Shown: positions 31,198 through 40,228, counted from the stretch's first letter. The stretch: DNA of 64,000 nucleotides from an uncultured Chloroflexia bacterium (GCA_963828165.1 CAWHDR010000001.1:2464001-2528000); one strand, 5' to 3'. A program made the numbers and translations. The notes: generated from the letters alone by a model not told the origin.

Positions 31198-31596
31198 ATG
31201 CAGGCATTTCTCGTGGAGTTGAGCAACAAGCCGGGTTCGCTCGCCGATGTGGCCGAAGCCCTCGCCGCGAAGGGCATCAACATCACGGCCGTCAGCGGCA
31301 CGGCATGCGGTGACGGTGGTCGCGCCGCGTTCATGACCAGCGACGAGGCCACGACCCGCGCCGCGCTCGATGCGACCGGGCAGAAGTACACGGTCATGGA
31401 CGCGACCGACACGGCCATGCGTCACGAGCCGGGCACCCTGGCCAAGGCCGCTCGGCGGCTGGCCGACGAAGGCATCAACATCGAGGCCATCCTGCCGATC
31501 GGCATGGAAGGCAACGAGGTCCACGTCGCCTTCGTGACCAGCGACGCGGCCAAGGCCCGTCAGGTCCTGACCAGCGCCGGGATGGCATCCCGCTAG
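31198..31596 (+). CDS. Tandem ACT domain protein
   Basis: NKPGSLADVAEALAAKGINI and HEPGTLAKAARRLADEGINI. Confidence 0.9.
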   Translation: MQAFLVELSNKPGSLADVAEALAAKGINITAVSGTACGDGGRAAFMTSDEATTRAALDATGQKYTVMDATDTAMRHEPGTLAKAARRLADEGINIEAILPIGMEGNEVHVAFVTSDAAKARQVLTSAGMASR

Positions 31597-31621
31597 CGAG
31601 GGCCCTTTTAGAGGCACTCGG

Positions 31622-31655
31622 TCGAAGGGCGGAGCTTGGGGGCTCCGCCCTTCGA
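31622..31655. terminator. Hairpin between convergent genes
   Basis: TCGAAGGGCGGAGC-ttgggg-GCTCCGCCCTTCGA. Confidence 0.75.
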
Positions 31656-31666
31656 TGTTCGGGTCG

Positions 31667-32290
31667 TTAGCGCTCGCCGGCCAGGTAGGCGTGCCAGAGC
31701 AGGCGCGCGGCGACGGCCCGCCAGGGCCGCCACGCCTCGGCGACCGCCGACTGCTCCGGTTCGGTCGGCAGAGCGGGCAGGCCCTTCGCTCGCCGCATCG
31801 CGCCCGCGAGGGCGAGGTCGCCGGTGGGCCAGATGTCGGGGCGGCGCAGGGCCATCAACAGGTAGATGTCGGCGCTCCACCGCCCGATGCCCACGACGCT
31901 CGTGAGCATCGCCCGCGCGTCGTCGTCATCCGCCGCGGCGACCGCATCAAGGTCGAGCCGGCCATCGAGCACGTCGCGTGCCAGCCCGACGAGATAGCGC
32001 GACTTCTGCCGGGTCTGGCCAGCTCCGCGGAGGCCCTCTTCCCCGATGACGACGATCTTTGCGGGCTCTACACCGCCCGTCGCCAGGACGAGTCGGCGGA
32101 ACGCCGCGTCCGCGGAGGCGAGCGAGATCTGCTGCTCGAGGATGATCCGGACGAGGGTCTCGAACCCTGGCTCGCGAGCCCACAGCGGCGGGGGTCCGTG
32201 GCGCTCGGCGATGCCGGCCAGGTCGGGGTCGATGCCGGCTAGTGCCCGGACGGCCGGCGCCAGAGATGCCTCGTCGAGGGCCGCGAGGGC
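31667..32290 (-). CDS. DNA-3-methyladenine glycosylase II (AlkA/HhH-GPD); start codon unresolved
   Basis: GFETLVRIILEQQISLASA, GIGRWSADIYLL, PTGDLAL, WRPWRAVAARLLW; the open frame extends upstream of ORF 31667..31972. Confidence 0.88.
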   Translation of the reverse strand, partial: ALAALDEASLAPAVRALAGIDPDLAGIAERHGPPPLWAREPGFETLVRIILEQQISLASADAAFRRLVLATGGVEPAKIVVIGEEGLRGAGQTRQKSRYLVGLARDVLDGRLDLDAVAAADDDDARAMLTSVVGIGRWSADIYLLMALRRPDIWPTGDLALAGAMRRAKGLPALPTEPEQSAVAEAWRPWRAVAARLLWHAYLAGER

Positions 32291-32297
32291 CCGCCCT

Positions 32298-32816
32298 TCA
32301 GCCGAGATAGCGCGACGTTGCCATGAAGAACACCGCGATGGCGAGGAACACCAGGTCCAGCTGGAACGCCCTTTGGAGCTTGGCCTGCAGCGCCGCGATC
32401 GTGGCGCCCTCCTCGGGTGTCGGTCCGCGATGGGCCGCCTCCAGGGTCGCCCCGATCGCGTCGAGCTTGGAAATGTTCGGCAGGATCGCCAGCGGCCCGA
32501 ACGCGAATGAGACCAGGGCTGCCGCCGCGCCGATCGTGAACCCGACGCCCGTCGCTGAGCCGAGCCACAGCTGCAGCCCTCCGGCGTTGCGCAGGTAGAG
32601 AAGCAGTCCCGCCACGATCGTGATGATCGTCGCGATCAGGATGATCGTCGGGAACCGCCGCGCGCGGGTCAGGTTGGCCATGAACGCGCCTTCGCCTTCG
32701 GGTCCCAGCGCGCGAGCACTCGGCTGGAAGAAGAAGAAGAATGCGAAGGCTGATCCCACCCAGAAGATGCCGGAACCGATGTGGAGCACGCGAAGCAGCA
32801 GGAGGACGGGATCCAC
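32298..32816 (-). CDS. Hypothetical four-TM membrane protein
   Basis: LRVLHIGSGIFWVG and four hydrophobic helices. Confidence 0.75.
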   Translation of the reverse strand: MDPVLLLLRVLHIGSGIFWVGSAFAFFFFFQPSARALGPEGEGAFMANLTRARRFPTIILIATIITIVAGLLLYLRNAGGLQLWLGSATGVGFTIGAAAALVSFAFGPLAILPNISKLDAIGATLEAAHRGPTPEEGATIAALQAKLQRAFQLDLVFLAIAVFFMATSRYLG

Positions 32817-32922
32817 GCGCTCACCTTTGTTGGTCGTGTCGGCCGGGGAGGACGCCACCTTACACGCCACGACATGCCACAGAACCACCGTTTCGGCGAC
32901 GCGGTTGCGGTGGCTCGTTTTC

Positions 32923-33615
32923 CTAGCGGTGAGCGAGGGACTCGGCGAGCTGGGTCAGCGTCTCAACGACGGCCGCGGCGCCCGCGCCACGCAGCGCGGC
33001 GTCGTCGACGGCGGCTCCGGCCGTCACCCCGATCGGGATCATCCCGGCGGCGACGGCCGCCACCATGTCCCAGGTCGAATCGCCGATGTACCAGCAGCGG
33101 GTCGGGTCGACGCCCAATTCCTCGGCCGCCCGGAGCAGGAGATCCGGCTCGGGCTTCGCGTGCTCGACGTGGCTCGCGTCCACGATCGTCGGCTCCGACG
33201 GCAGTCCAAGGGCCTGGACCGAGGTGGCCACCTGGGCCTTCCGGCTGGAGGTCGCGATCGCCCACGGCAACCCGCGTGTTTCGATGGCTTCGACGAGCTC
33301 GCGAACCCCGGGGAGCGGGCGAGGGGAGAGGTTGAGCTGCTCGTAGATCTCGCCGGAGCGCTTGTCGATCGCCTCGGCGCGGTCCGCATCAAGCGTCGTT
33401 CCGGCGAGCGCGGCGATCTCGCGAGCCAGGCGCTTGCCATCGACGCCGATCAGCGGCGCGAGGCGTTCGTGGGTGCTCGGTAGTTCGGCGTCTTCGAGCG
33501 CGTGGAGCCACGCCTCGATGCGCGTCTCGACCGTGTCGATGAGGGTCCCATCGAGGTCGAACAGGACAGCCTCGGGGAGAGGCAGGGTGTCGACGTCGGC
33601 GGGGTTGGCGGGCAT
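32923..33615 (-). CDS. HAD family hydrolase/phosphatase
   Basis: LFDLDGTL, ATS, KPEPD, YIGDSTWD. Confidence 0.92.
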   Translation of the reverse strand: MPANPADVDTLPLPEAVLFDLDGTLIDTVETRIEAWLHALEDAELPSTHERLAPLIGVDGKRLAREIAALAGTTLDADRAEAIDKRSGEIYEQLNLSPRPLPGVRELVEAIETRGLPWAIATSSRKAQVATSVQALGLPSEPTIVDASHVEHAKPEPDLLLRAAEELGVDPTRCWYIGDSTWDMVAAVAAGMIPIGVTAGAAVDDAALRGAGAAAVVETLTQLAESLAHR

Positions 33616-33696
33616 CGCCCTACGGTAGCGGGTCCCGAGCCCCACGGGCGTGGCGGGGACTCCGGCGCAGCGCAGCGGGGGCCCGCGGCGGCGGCG

Positions 33697-33771
33697 CCTC
33701 CGGCGCGACCACGAGCGGAGCGGCCTGCGGGGCGACAAGGGCGGAGGCCTGCGGCGCGACCACGGCGGGTG
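33697..33771. repeat. Three degenerate tandem 24-27 bp repeats
   Basis: Units resembling CCTGCGGCGCGACCACGGCGG start at 33697, 33724 and 33748. Confidence 0.55.
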
Positions 33772-33792
33772 TCCGCACGCCGCCCCTGGCGA

Positions 33793-33934
33793 GATCGACA
33801 ACGGGGGACGGTTATGGCTGCTCGCCGGCCGGTTGTTGGCAGGATCGACACCGGGGGACGGTTACGACCACAATTCGGCCAATTCGGGGTGAAGCGTCTC
33901 AGGGTTCGGCCATTAGCGTCCCGGGAGGTCGATC
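33793..33934. repeat. Two direct 22-bp repeats plus one degenerate inverted copy
   Basis: GATCGACA(A/C)CGGGGGACGGTTA at 33793 and 33843; TAGCGTCCCGGGAGGTCGATC at 33914-33934. Confidence 0.7.
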
Positions 33935-33945
33935 CAGCCACGGAT

Positions 33946-34131
33946 ACACCGCCAAATGCTCACCACGGGAACATCAGGCGGGCAATCGGCCCTGGATCGG
34001 GCACATCGACCCCTCGCAGTCCGGCTGGCGAGCCGGCACCACGCACGGTTGCGACGAGCGGGCGCGGGAAGCGGCCCGTCAGATCCCCGATAGGCCGCCT
34101 AACGTTCCCTGGGGCGTGCATTTGGCGGTGT
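33946..34131. repeat. 186-bp MITE-like element with ~44-bp imperfect terminal inverted repeats
   Basis: ACACCGCCAAATGC is perfectly inverted at both ends and extends imperfectly through GGGAAC.T.AGGCGG...ATCGG. Confidence 0.65.
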
Positions 34132-34135
34132 TCCT

Positions 34136-34470
34136 GGCCGCGTTCAGCGGACCACTCGCCGTTGCTCGAGCCCTGCCGCGACTTGGCTACGTGCCCGTGG
34201 CCACGCCCGCCGCGACTTCGCAACTCGCCCGTAGTTCGGGCCCACCGCGGCCTGGCTACGTGCCCGTGGCTCGCGCCGCGCCCGGGGCCGCGTTCAGCGG
34301 ACGACTCGCCGTTGCTCGAGCCCTGCCGCGACTTGGCTACGTGCCCGTAGCCACGCCCGCCACGACCTCGCAACTCGCCCGTAGTTCGGCCCGCCAACAC
34401 GACCTCGCAACTCGCCCGTAGTTCGGGCCCGCCGCGGCCTGGCTACGTGCCCGTGGCTCGCGCCGCACCC
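34136..34470. repeat. 150-bp tandem duplication built from short palindromic (REP/BIME-like) units
   Basis: Units start at 34136 and 34286; TGGCTACGTGCCCGT(G/A)GC x4 and CGCAACTCGCCCGTAGTTCGG x3. Confidence 0.88.
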
Positions 34471-35735
34471 CGGCCGCGTCCACTCCCTTGCTTCGGCCCG
34501 AACCCCCATGCCGACCAAACCCCGACGCACAACACGCCGATCCCCACGATCCCGACGACCAGCGGTGCCGATACACGGTCCGCGAGCGGTCCCGCCACGA
34601 GGGTCGGCGCGAGACTGGCCGCGCTCACGATCGACGCCAGCACGCCGAACACGCGCCCGCGGACCTGCGACGGCATCGATTCGAGCAGGGCCGTCTGCGC
34701 CGAAACCGAGACCACCGCATAGGCGGCGCCCGCGCACGTGGCCACCGCGACGACGATCGGCAGCACCGAAACGCCATAGCCTGCAAGCACTCCGCCGAGC
34801 ACGCCCGCCAGGGCCAGGGATGCCGTCAACAGCCCGAGCACGATGTGCCCGCCCTCCGCGGCGCGCCGATGCGACACGTGGCCTCCGAACCGGCGCAACC
34901 CGAACACCCCGATGACGACGCCGATCCCCAGCGGCACGACGATGACCGCCAGCTGGGTCGGCTCGAGTCCGACCGTGGCCGCGAGCCCCGGCCCCAGCAC
35001 GCCAAGGACGCCTGCCACGGATGCACCCGCGGCCTGGTGCACGATGGGCCGGCTGACTTCGCGGTCCCCCCGGATGACCTTGATCCCCTCCTGGAGCTCG
35101 TGGATGACGCGCACGCCGGCGTCGCGCCCCGACTCCTGCGCCCCGCGGTTCGGTGGCGCGCTGGGCAGCCCGATACAGGCGACGGTGGCGGCGACGTACA
35201 GGGCGGTCACGACGGCCAGCACCGCCGATGGCCCGGCGATCGTCACGAGCAGCGGGCCCAGGAACGCGAACCCCAGGGCGAACGAGGCCTGCAGGGTCAG
35301 GTTGAAGATGCCCATCGCGGTCTGGAGCTGAGCGCGCGGCACGACCCGCGGGATCATCGATCCCTCCGCGGGCGTGAGCGCGACGCTCGTGAGGCTGACG
35401 GCGAGGTTGAGCGCGAGCAGCATCGCCACGTTCGCGCCGGCGATCGCGAGCCCCGCCGTCAGGAGGGCTCGAGCGATGTTGGGGCCCACGAGCGCCCAGC
35501 GCAGATCCAGGCGATCGACCACGACCCCGGCGAAGGGCGACAACACGATCTGCGGCAGGACGAACGAGGCAACGAGTGCCCCGACCGCGGTGTTCGAACG
35601 CGTCGTGTCGAAGACGAGCACGGTCAGCGCGTACAGCGCCATGTTGCCGCCGACCTGGGTGGCGGCCTGGATGAACCACAATCGCGCGAAGATCGGGTCC
35701 CGCAAGATCGACCGCGCGGTCGCGCTCTCCTTCAT
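34443..35735 (-). CDS. MFS transporter (DHA3/MFS_3-like)
   Basis: FARLW..QA, SPFAGVVVDRLD, RGRVFG, about 12 TM. Confidence 0.9.
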   Translation of the reverse strand: MKESATARSILRDPIFARLWFIQAATQVGGNMALYALTVLVFDTTRSNTAVGALVASFVLPQIVLSPFAGVVVDRLDLRWALVGPNIARALLTAGLAIAGANVAMLLALNLAVSLTSVALTPAEGSMIPRVVPRAQLQTAMGIFNLTLQASFALGFAFLGPLLVTIAGPSAVLAVVTALYVAATVACIGLPSAPPNRGAQESGRDAGVRVIHELQEGIKVIRGDREVSRPIVHQAAGASVAGVLGVLGPGLAATVGLEPTQLAVIVVPLGIGVVIGVFGLRRFGGHVSHRRAAEGGHIVLGLLTASLALAGVLGGVLAGYGVSVLPIVVAVATCAGAAYAVVSVSAQTALLESMPSQVRGRVFGVLASIVSAASLAPTLVAGPLADRVSAPLVVGIVGIGVLCVGVWSAWGFGPKQGSGRGRGAARATGT

Positions 35736-35894
35736 GCGCGAACCTTACGGTGCACGGCGATCGCGACGAGCAGTGGTGCGGTCTGGCAACGCGAGTGCAG
35801 AACGAAGCTTCGCGCCCGCACCGCTTGCGGCTACCTTAGGGTCTTCCCAGGTGGAGTCCGGGGCTCCACGGGCCGGTGAGGAGGAGTTTCATCG

Positions 35895-36413
35895 ATGCGT
35901 CGATCGGTTCTGTCCAGTCTGGCGCTCGCGAGCGCGCTGATGCTGATGTTGGCATCGAGCGCCTTGGGGGCACCCAACCATCGCACCATCCAGATTCTCG
36001 ACAATTGTGACGGGCCTTCGTTCAACGAGGCACTCGGGCCTGGCGCCTGCTCGCGTCCGGGCGGTCTGTCCTTCGAGAACCTGGAGCGGAGCTTCGCGCG
36101 TGGTGGCGCTCCTTCCTGGCGATTCTCACCGAGCCAGGCCAGCCTCGCCGCGGGTGGCTCCCTCACCGCGATCAACCGCGGCGGCGAGTTCCACACCTTC
36201 ACCGAGGTCGCCGCGTTCGGCGGTGGCTGCGTCCCGCCGATCAACGAAGCCCTCGGCCTCGCGCCCATCCCAGAGTGCGCGGATCCCTCGCTCTTCGGGA
36301 CCACCGGCGTCGTCCCGGGTGCGGCCCTGGAAGTCGGGCCGATCTCGTCGGGCGCTCACCGGTTCCAGTGCCTGATCCATCCGTGGCAGCGGGCGACGGT
36401 CACGGCCCGCTGA
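35895..36413 (+). CDS. Secreted cupredoxin-like protein
   Basis: Signal peptide, N.GGEFHTF, FQCLIHPWQ (Cys/His with Gln at the usual Met position). Confidence 0.75.
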   Translation: MRRSVLSSLALASALMLMLASSALGAPNHRTIQILDNCDGPSFNEALGPGACSRPGGLSFENLERSFARGGAPSWRFSPSQASLAAGGSLTAINRGGEFHTFTEVAAFGGGCVPPINEALGLAPIPECADPSLFGTTGVVPGAALEVGPISSGAHRFQCLIHPWQRATVTAR

Positions 36414-36432
36414 CCGGACCCGTATCCAAAGG

Positions 36433-36462
36433 CGAAACGCCGGCCGTGTGGCCGGCGTTTCG
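36433..36462 (+). terminator. Intrinsic terminator-like hairpin
   Basis: CGAAACGCCGGCC-gtgt-GGCCGGCGTTTCG. Confidence 0.7.
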
Positions 36463-36506
36463 ATTCCGGGCCGCCCGCGCAGAGACGGCGCGATATCCTC
36501 GCCGAG

Positions 36507-37538
36507 ATGATCCTGCGCATCGTCCTGGGCGGTCTCCCGTCCGGTACCGACGCCAGCGCCCTGCTCGAGCTACGCGGCCGGCTCGCCCGGGTGGCTCGCG
36601 ACGTGCCGGGACTCGACAGCCTCATCGTCGGGGCGCGACGCGCGCTGCTCTCCGGTGGGGCCGGCGACGTCCCGGTCGAGGCCGCGATCGTCACGGTCTG
36701 GCGAGACGTGGACTCGATGGCTCGAGCCACCGGCATCGACGAGCAGGACCGGTTCCTGGGGCACCGGCTGCAGCTGCCACTCTCCATCGAGCGGGCGGTC
36801 CACTACGAGATCGTGGGACGGACGTTCGCCGCCTTGCCGCCCGAAACGACGACCCACCTGCGCATCGTCACGGTGCGCGCGCGACCGAACGAGGAGGCTC
36901 GTCTGATCGAGACGCTTCGCGATCGGCGCCCGCAGCTCGTCGAGAAAGGTCTCGTCGCCTCGCACCTGGGCCGTCGGGTGGTGTCCGGCGAGTTCGAGGC
37001 GGTGACCGTCGGCGTGTGGCCCGACAGGGCGACCCTCGAAGCGGCTACGGGCGGCGGGCCGGAGCGGCCGCTCTTCGAGCAGGACCTGGCGGACTGGTCC
37101 GACCGACTGCACCTCGAGACGTACGACGGGATCGAGATCGCGCCCAGGCTCCCAGCAGCCAGCGGGCCGCCCATCTTCATCCTGGACGACCAATTGCGGA
37201 TCGTGGACGTCACAGCGTCGGCCGCGGCGGCACTCGGCCGGGAACCCGACGACCTGGTGGGGAGATCCCTGCGGGACCTCTCGCGGACGGACCCCGAGGA
37301 ATTCGCCCGGAACGTCGGTTCACTGCGGCATCACGGGAGGGTCGCCGGTGAGGCCAAGTGGCACGTGCCCGACTCAGGCGAGGTCTTCCTGCGCTATGTC
37401 GCCCGCCAGGACGTGCCCATTTCCGGTCGCCACACGGTCCTCGTCCATCGCTGGAACGAGCCCGTCCCCACGGAGGCCGACCTCGACACCGCCCTCGACG
37501 TGGCCTTCCCGCTCACGTCGGGCCCTCGACGCGCCTGA
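36507..37538 (+). CDS. Protein with two ABM-like (alpha+beta barrel) repeats and a C-terminal PAS domain
   Basis: IVTVWRDVDSM and TVGVWPDRATL internal repeat; IFILDDQLRIVDV....A.LG..PDDLVGRSL PAS signature. Confidence 0.65.
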   Translation: MILRIVLGGLPSGTDASALLELRGRLARVARDVPGLDSLIVGARRALLSGGAGDVPVEAAIVTVWRDVDSMARATGIDEQDRFLGHRLQLPLSIERAVHYEIVGRTFAALPPETTTHLRIVTVRARPNEEARLIETLRDRRPQLVEKGLVASHLGRRVVSGEFEAVTVGVWPDRATLEAATGGGPERPLFEQDLADWSDRLHLETYDGIEIAPRLPAASGPPIFILDDQLRIVDVTASAAAALGREPDDLVGRSLRDLSRTDPEEFARNVGSLRHHGRVAGEAKWHVPDSGEVFLRYVARQDVPISGRHTVLVHRWNEPVPTEADLDTALDVAFPLTSGPRRA

Positions 37539-37561
37539 CGTCTCCCTTCCCAACTACAGAC

Positions 37562-37587
37562 GAAGCCCCTCCCGAAGGAGGGGCTTC
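37562..37587. terminator. Hairpin between convergent genes
   Basis: GAAGCCCCTCC-cgaa-GGAGGGGCTTC. Confidence 0.75.
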
Positions 37588-37605
37588 CGACGTGGAGGCG
37601 CCTGA

Positions 37606-37968
37606 TCAGCGGTTCTGCTGGACCGGTCGGTTCTGGTTGACCGGCTGCTGGTCCTTGTCCAACGGGCTCGTGCCGCTGGGCTGGGCCGGATCCGTCCGGT
37701 CGCCCTGCTGGAAATCGCCCTGCGAGCGATCGTTCCAGGCACCCTCCGACGTGGTGGTCGGGTCACCCTGCTTCCAGCTCTCCTGGCCCTGGGTCATGCC
37801 CTGGTCCTTGTTCAGGCCCCGGCCCTGATACTGGCCCTGGCCTTTCCCTTGGCTGCCCTGGCCCTGATAGCCCTGATCCGAACCGGTCTGGCCATGGGTT
37901 CCGACTTGGCTCGACTCGCGCGGCATGCTGCCGGTGGTCTGCTTGGTCTGGTCCTTGTTCTTGCCCAT
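37606..37968 (-). CDS. Gln/Gly-rich hydrophilic low-complexity protein
   Basis: GGAGG RBS, QG repeats, almost no hydrophobic residues, terminator downstream. Confidence 0.7.
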   Translation of the reverse strand: MGKNKDQTKQTTGSMPRESSQVGTHGQTGSDQGYQGQGSQGKGQGQYQGRGLNKDQGMTQGQESWKQGDPTTTSEGAWNDRSQGDFQQGDRTDPAQPSGTSPLDKDQQPVNQNRPVQQNR

Positions 37969-38136
37969 GCTCGTTACCTCCAGCGGTTCATTCGGGGGTC
38001 GCGGCCAGCGTCCCCCACGCCTGGGAACAGCCGACTCAACCCCCTCCGGCAATGGCTTGCGGCCACCTTGCGCGAGCGTTGCGACACCCTCCCTTACGAG
38101 AAACCGACGTTCGGGCGCCCGCTACACTGGCCGACC

Positions 38137-38892
38137 ATGACCGACCCCACTCCTGCCGTCTGGGTCATCCTCCCGACCTACGACGAGGCGGAGAACATCC
38201 GCCCGATCACCGCCGCGATCCTCGAGTCCCTGCCTGCCGCGACGGTCCTCGTCGTTGACGACGGCTCGCCGGACGGCACCGGCCAGATCGCCGACGAGCT
38301 CGCCGCCGCTGACCCTCGCATCCGGGTGCGCCATCGAACGGCCAAGCAGGGCCTGGGCCGGGCGTACCTCGATGGGTTCGGTGTCGCGCTCGGCGGGGGC
38401 GCCACCGTCGTGGCCCAGATGGACGCCGACTTCAGCCACGACCCGGCTGTGCTGCCGGCACTCGTCGCGCCGATCGAGGCCGGCGAGGCGGATCTCGTCA
38501 TCGGTTCGCGCTACACGAAGGGCGGCGGCGTGGTCGATTGGGGCATCGGCCGCCGGCTCATCTCCCGCGGTGGCTCGATGTTCGCTCGGATCGTGCTGGG
38601 GCTGCGCCCGAGCGACCTGACCGGCGGTTTCAAGGCATGGCGTTCGTCCACGCTGGCGGCGGTCCCGTTCGATGGCGTGCACGCGGGGGGCTACGTCTTC
38701 CAGATCGAGATGACCTACCGCGCCAGCCGCGCCGGTGCCCGCATTCGTGAGGTGCCGATCACCTTCCGCGACCGGCGGGTCGGCCAGAGCAAGATGTCGC
38801 GGCGGATCGTGGTCGAGGCGCTCGTCGTGGTCGTACAGCTCCGGCTCGATGAACTGGTCGGTTGGGTCGGGCGGCGACGGCGCAAGAAATGA
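38137..38892 (+). CDS. Polyprenol monophosphomannose synthase (GT2)
   Basis: LPTYDEAENI, VDDGSPDGTG, QMDADFSHDP, IGSRY, DLTGGFK, GY.FQIEM. Confidence 0.92.
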   Translation: MTDPTPAVWVILPTYDEAENIRPITAAILESLPAATVLVVDDGSPDGTGQIADELAAADPRIRVRHRTAKQGLGRAYLDGFGVALGGGATVVAQMDADFSHDPAVLPALVAPIEAGEADLVIGSRYTKGGGVVDWGIGRRLISRGGSMFARIVLGLRPSDLTGGFKAWRSSTLAAVPFDGVHAGGYVFQIEMTYRASRAGARIREVPITFRDRRVGQSKMSRRIVVEALVVVVQLRLDELVGWVGRRRRKK

Positions 38893-40223
38893 CGGACGGG
38901 CCGGAGACTGGGCCGGCACCCGGGCCGCTCAGCCGCGGAGAGGCCTCCGCCAGGGGGCTTGGGGAGGCCGCGGCCGGCGACCCGTCGCCTGGTGTCCGTG
39001 TCGTCATGGACGTCCGAGCGCTCCAGGAGCCGGCGCGAGCGCCCAGGACTGCGGCGTATCTCGATGGCCTGCTGAGCGGGTTCGACGCGGACCCGCGTCC
39101 CGGCGAGTCGTTCGCGTTCCTGCTCGCCTCGGACGAGGACGACCCGACGAGGCGCTTCGAACACCTCGAGGTCGTCGGCCGGCGACTGCTGCCGCCGACG
39201 CGGCTGCTCCGCCAGGCGGCGTTGACCGTCGATCCGTTCGTCCTGCGCGGGGCGTCCGTCGGCGCGGCCTGGCGGGCAGACCGGAGCGGCGCGTCTGGCG
39301 CCGTGTATCACGCGGCGGGCAACGCCGTCCCGATCGCGTCACGACTGCCGACGGTGGTGACCCTCCTGGATCTGGCGCCATGGGAGCTCCCCGACGCCTT
39401 CCAGCGTGGGACCGCGTCGCGCTTCGGCCAGCGCCTGCGCGCCCGGTTGCTGCGCGACGCCGCAGCGGTTCTCGTCGGCACCGAAGCGGTCGCGAAGTCC
39501 GCCCGTCGCCTGCTGCACCTGCGACGAGACCGGATCCACGTCGTGCCGCTCGCGCCGCGCCCCGCGTACGCTGCGGTCCTCGAGCACGCCCTCGGGCGCC
39601 GCGAGACCGCGCGCGCCGCCGCGGATCGACTCGGTCTCGGCGATCGATACCTGGTCTACCACGGTCGCCATGACATCCGACAGGACGGCGCCACGTTGAT
39701 GGCCGCACTCGCATCGCTCGCAGCGACCGATCGGCCGACCGGACTGGCGGACGCGGCTGAGTGGCCACCGCGGCTCCTCGTCGTGGACGCCACGCCCGAC
39801 GATCGTGCGGCGCTCGCCCGGATCGCCGCCCGCCATGGCGCCGGCAACCAGCTCGTGTACGCGCCGATCCTGCCACCCGACGACACGGCCGCGATCGTCG
39901 CCGCGGCCAGGGCGGTCGTCCTGCCGGTCGTGTCCGAGGCGAGCGGTCTCGTGGCCATCGATTCCCTGGCGGCCGGCGTCCCGGTCATCGCATCGGCGGT
40001 CGGGGCGTTGCCGGAGATCGTCGGCTCGGCCGGCATCCTCGTCGAACCACGAGATCGAGAGCGGTTGGCGGTGGCGATGGCGACCGCCTGGAGCGACGAG
40101 CCGGTCCGCGCGGGGATCGCGGGGGCGGCGCGGTCGCGTGGGACTAACGCCTCAGGCGTGCCGCGGTCGTGGGTGGACGTCGCGCACGAGGTCCGGGCGA
40201 TCTATGCGAGCGTCGCGCGCTAA
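38889..40223 (+). CDS. GT4 family glycosyltransferase, divergent
   Basis: VVTLLDLAP, SEASGL...DSLAAGVPVIAS.VGALPEIVG.AGILVEP. Confidence 0.8.
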   Translation: MTDGPETGPAPGPLSRGEASARGLGEAAAGDPSPGVRVVMDVRALQEPARAPRTAAYLDGLLSGFDADPRPGESFAFLLASDEDDPTRRFEHLEVVGRRLLPPTRLLRQAALTVDPFVLRGASVGAAWRADRSGASGAVYHAAGNAVPIASRLPTVVTLLDLAPWELPDAFQRGTASRFGQRLRARLLRDAAAVLVGTEAVAKSARRLLHLRRDRIHVVPLAPRPAYAAVLEHALGRRETARAAADRLGLGDRYLVYHGRHDIRQDGATLMAALASLAATDRPTGLADAAEWPPRLLVVDATPDDRAALARIAARHGAGNQLVYAPILPPDDTAAIVAAARAVVLPVVSEASGLVAIDSLAAGVPVIASAVGALPEIVGSAGILVEPRDRERLAVAMATAWSDEPVRAGIAGAARSRGTNASGVPRSWVDVAHEVRAIYASVAR

Positions 40224-40228
40224 CCACG

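Noticed and set aside
34116-34421. Repeat-protein ORFs (34116..34421 +, 33960..34400 -, 33502..34350 +)
   Set aside because: Peptide repeats appear in several frames simply because the DNA is repeated; no RBS or family motifs.
34136-34470. CRISPR array
   Set aside because: Intervening sequences are themselves repeated, spacing is irregular, and there are no cas genes or AT-rich leader.
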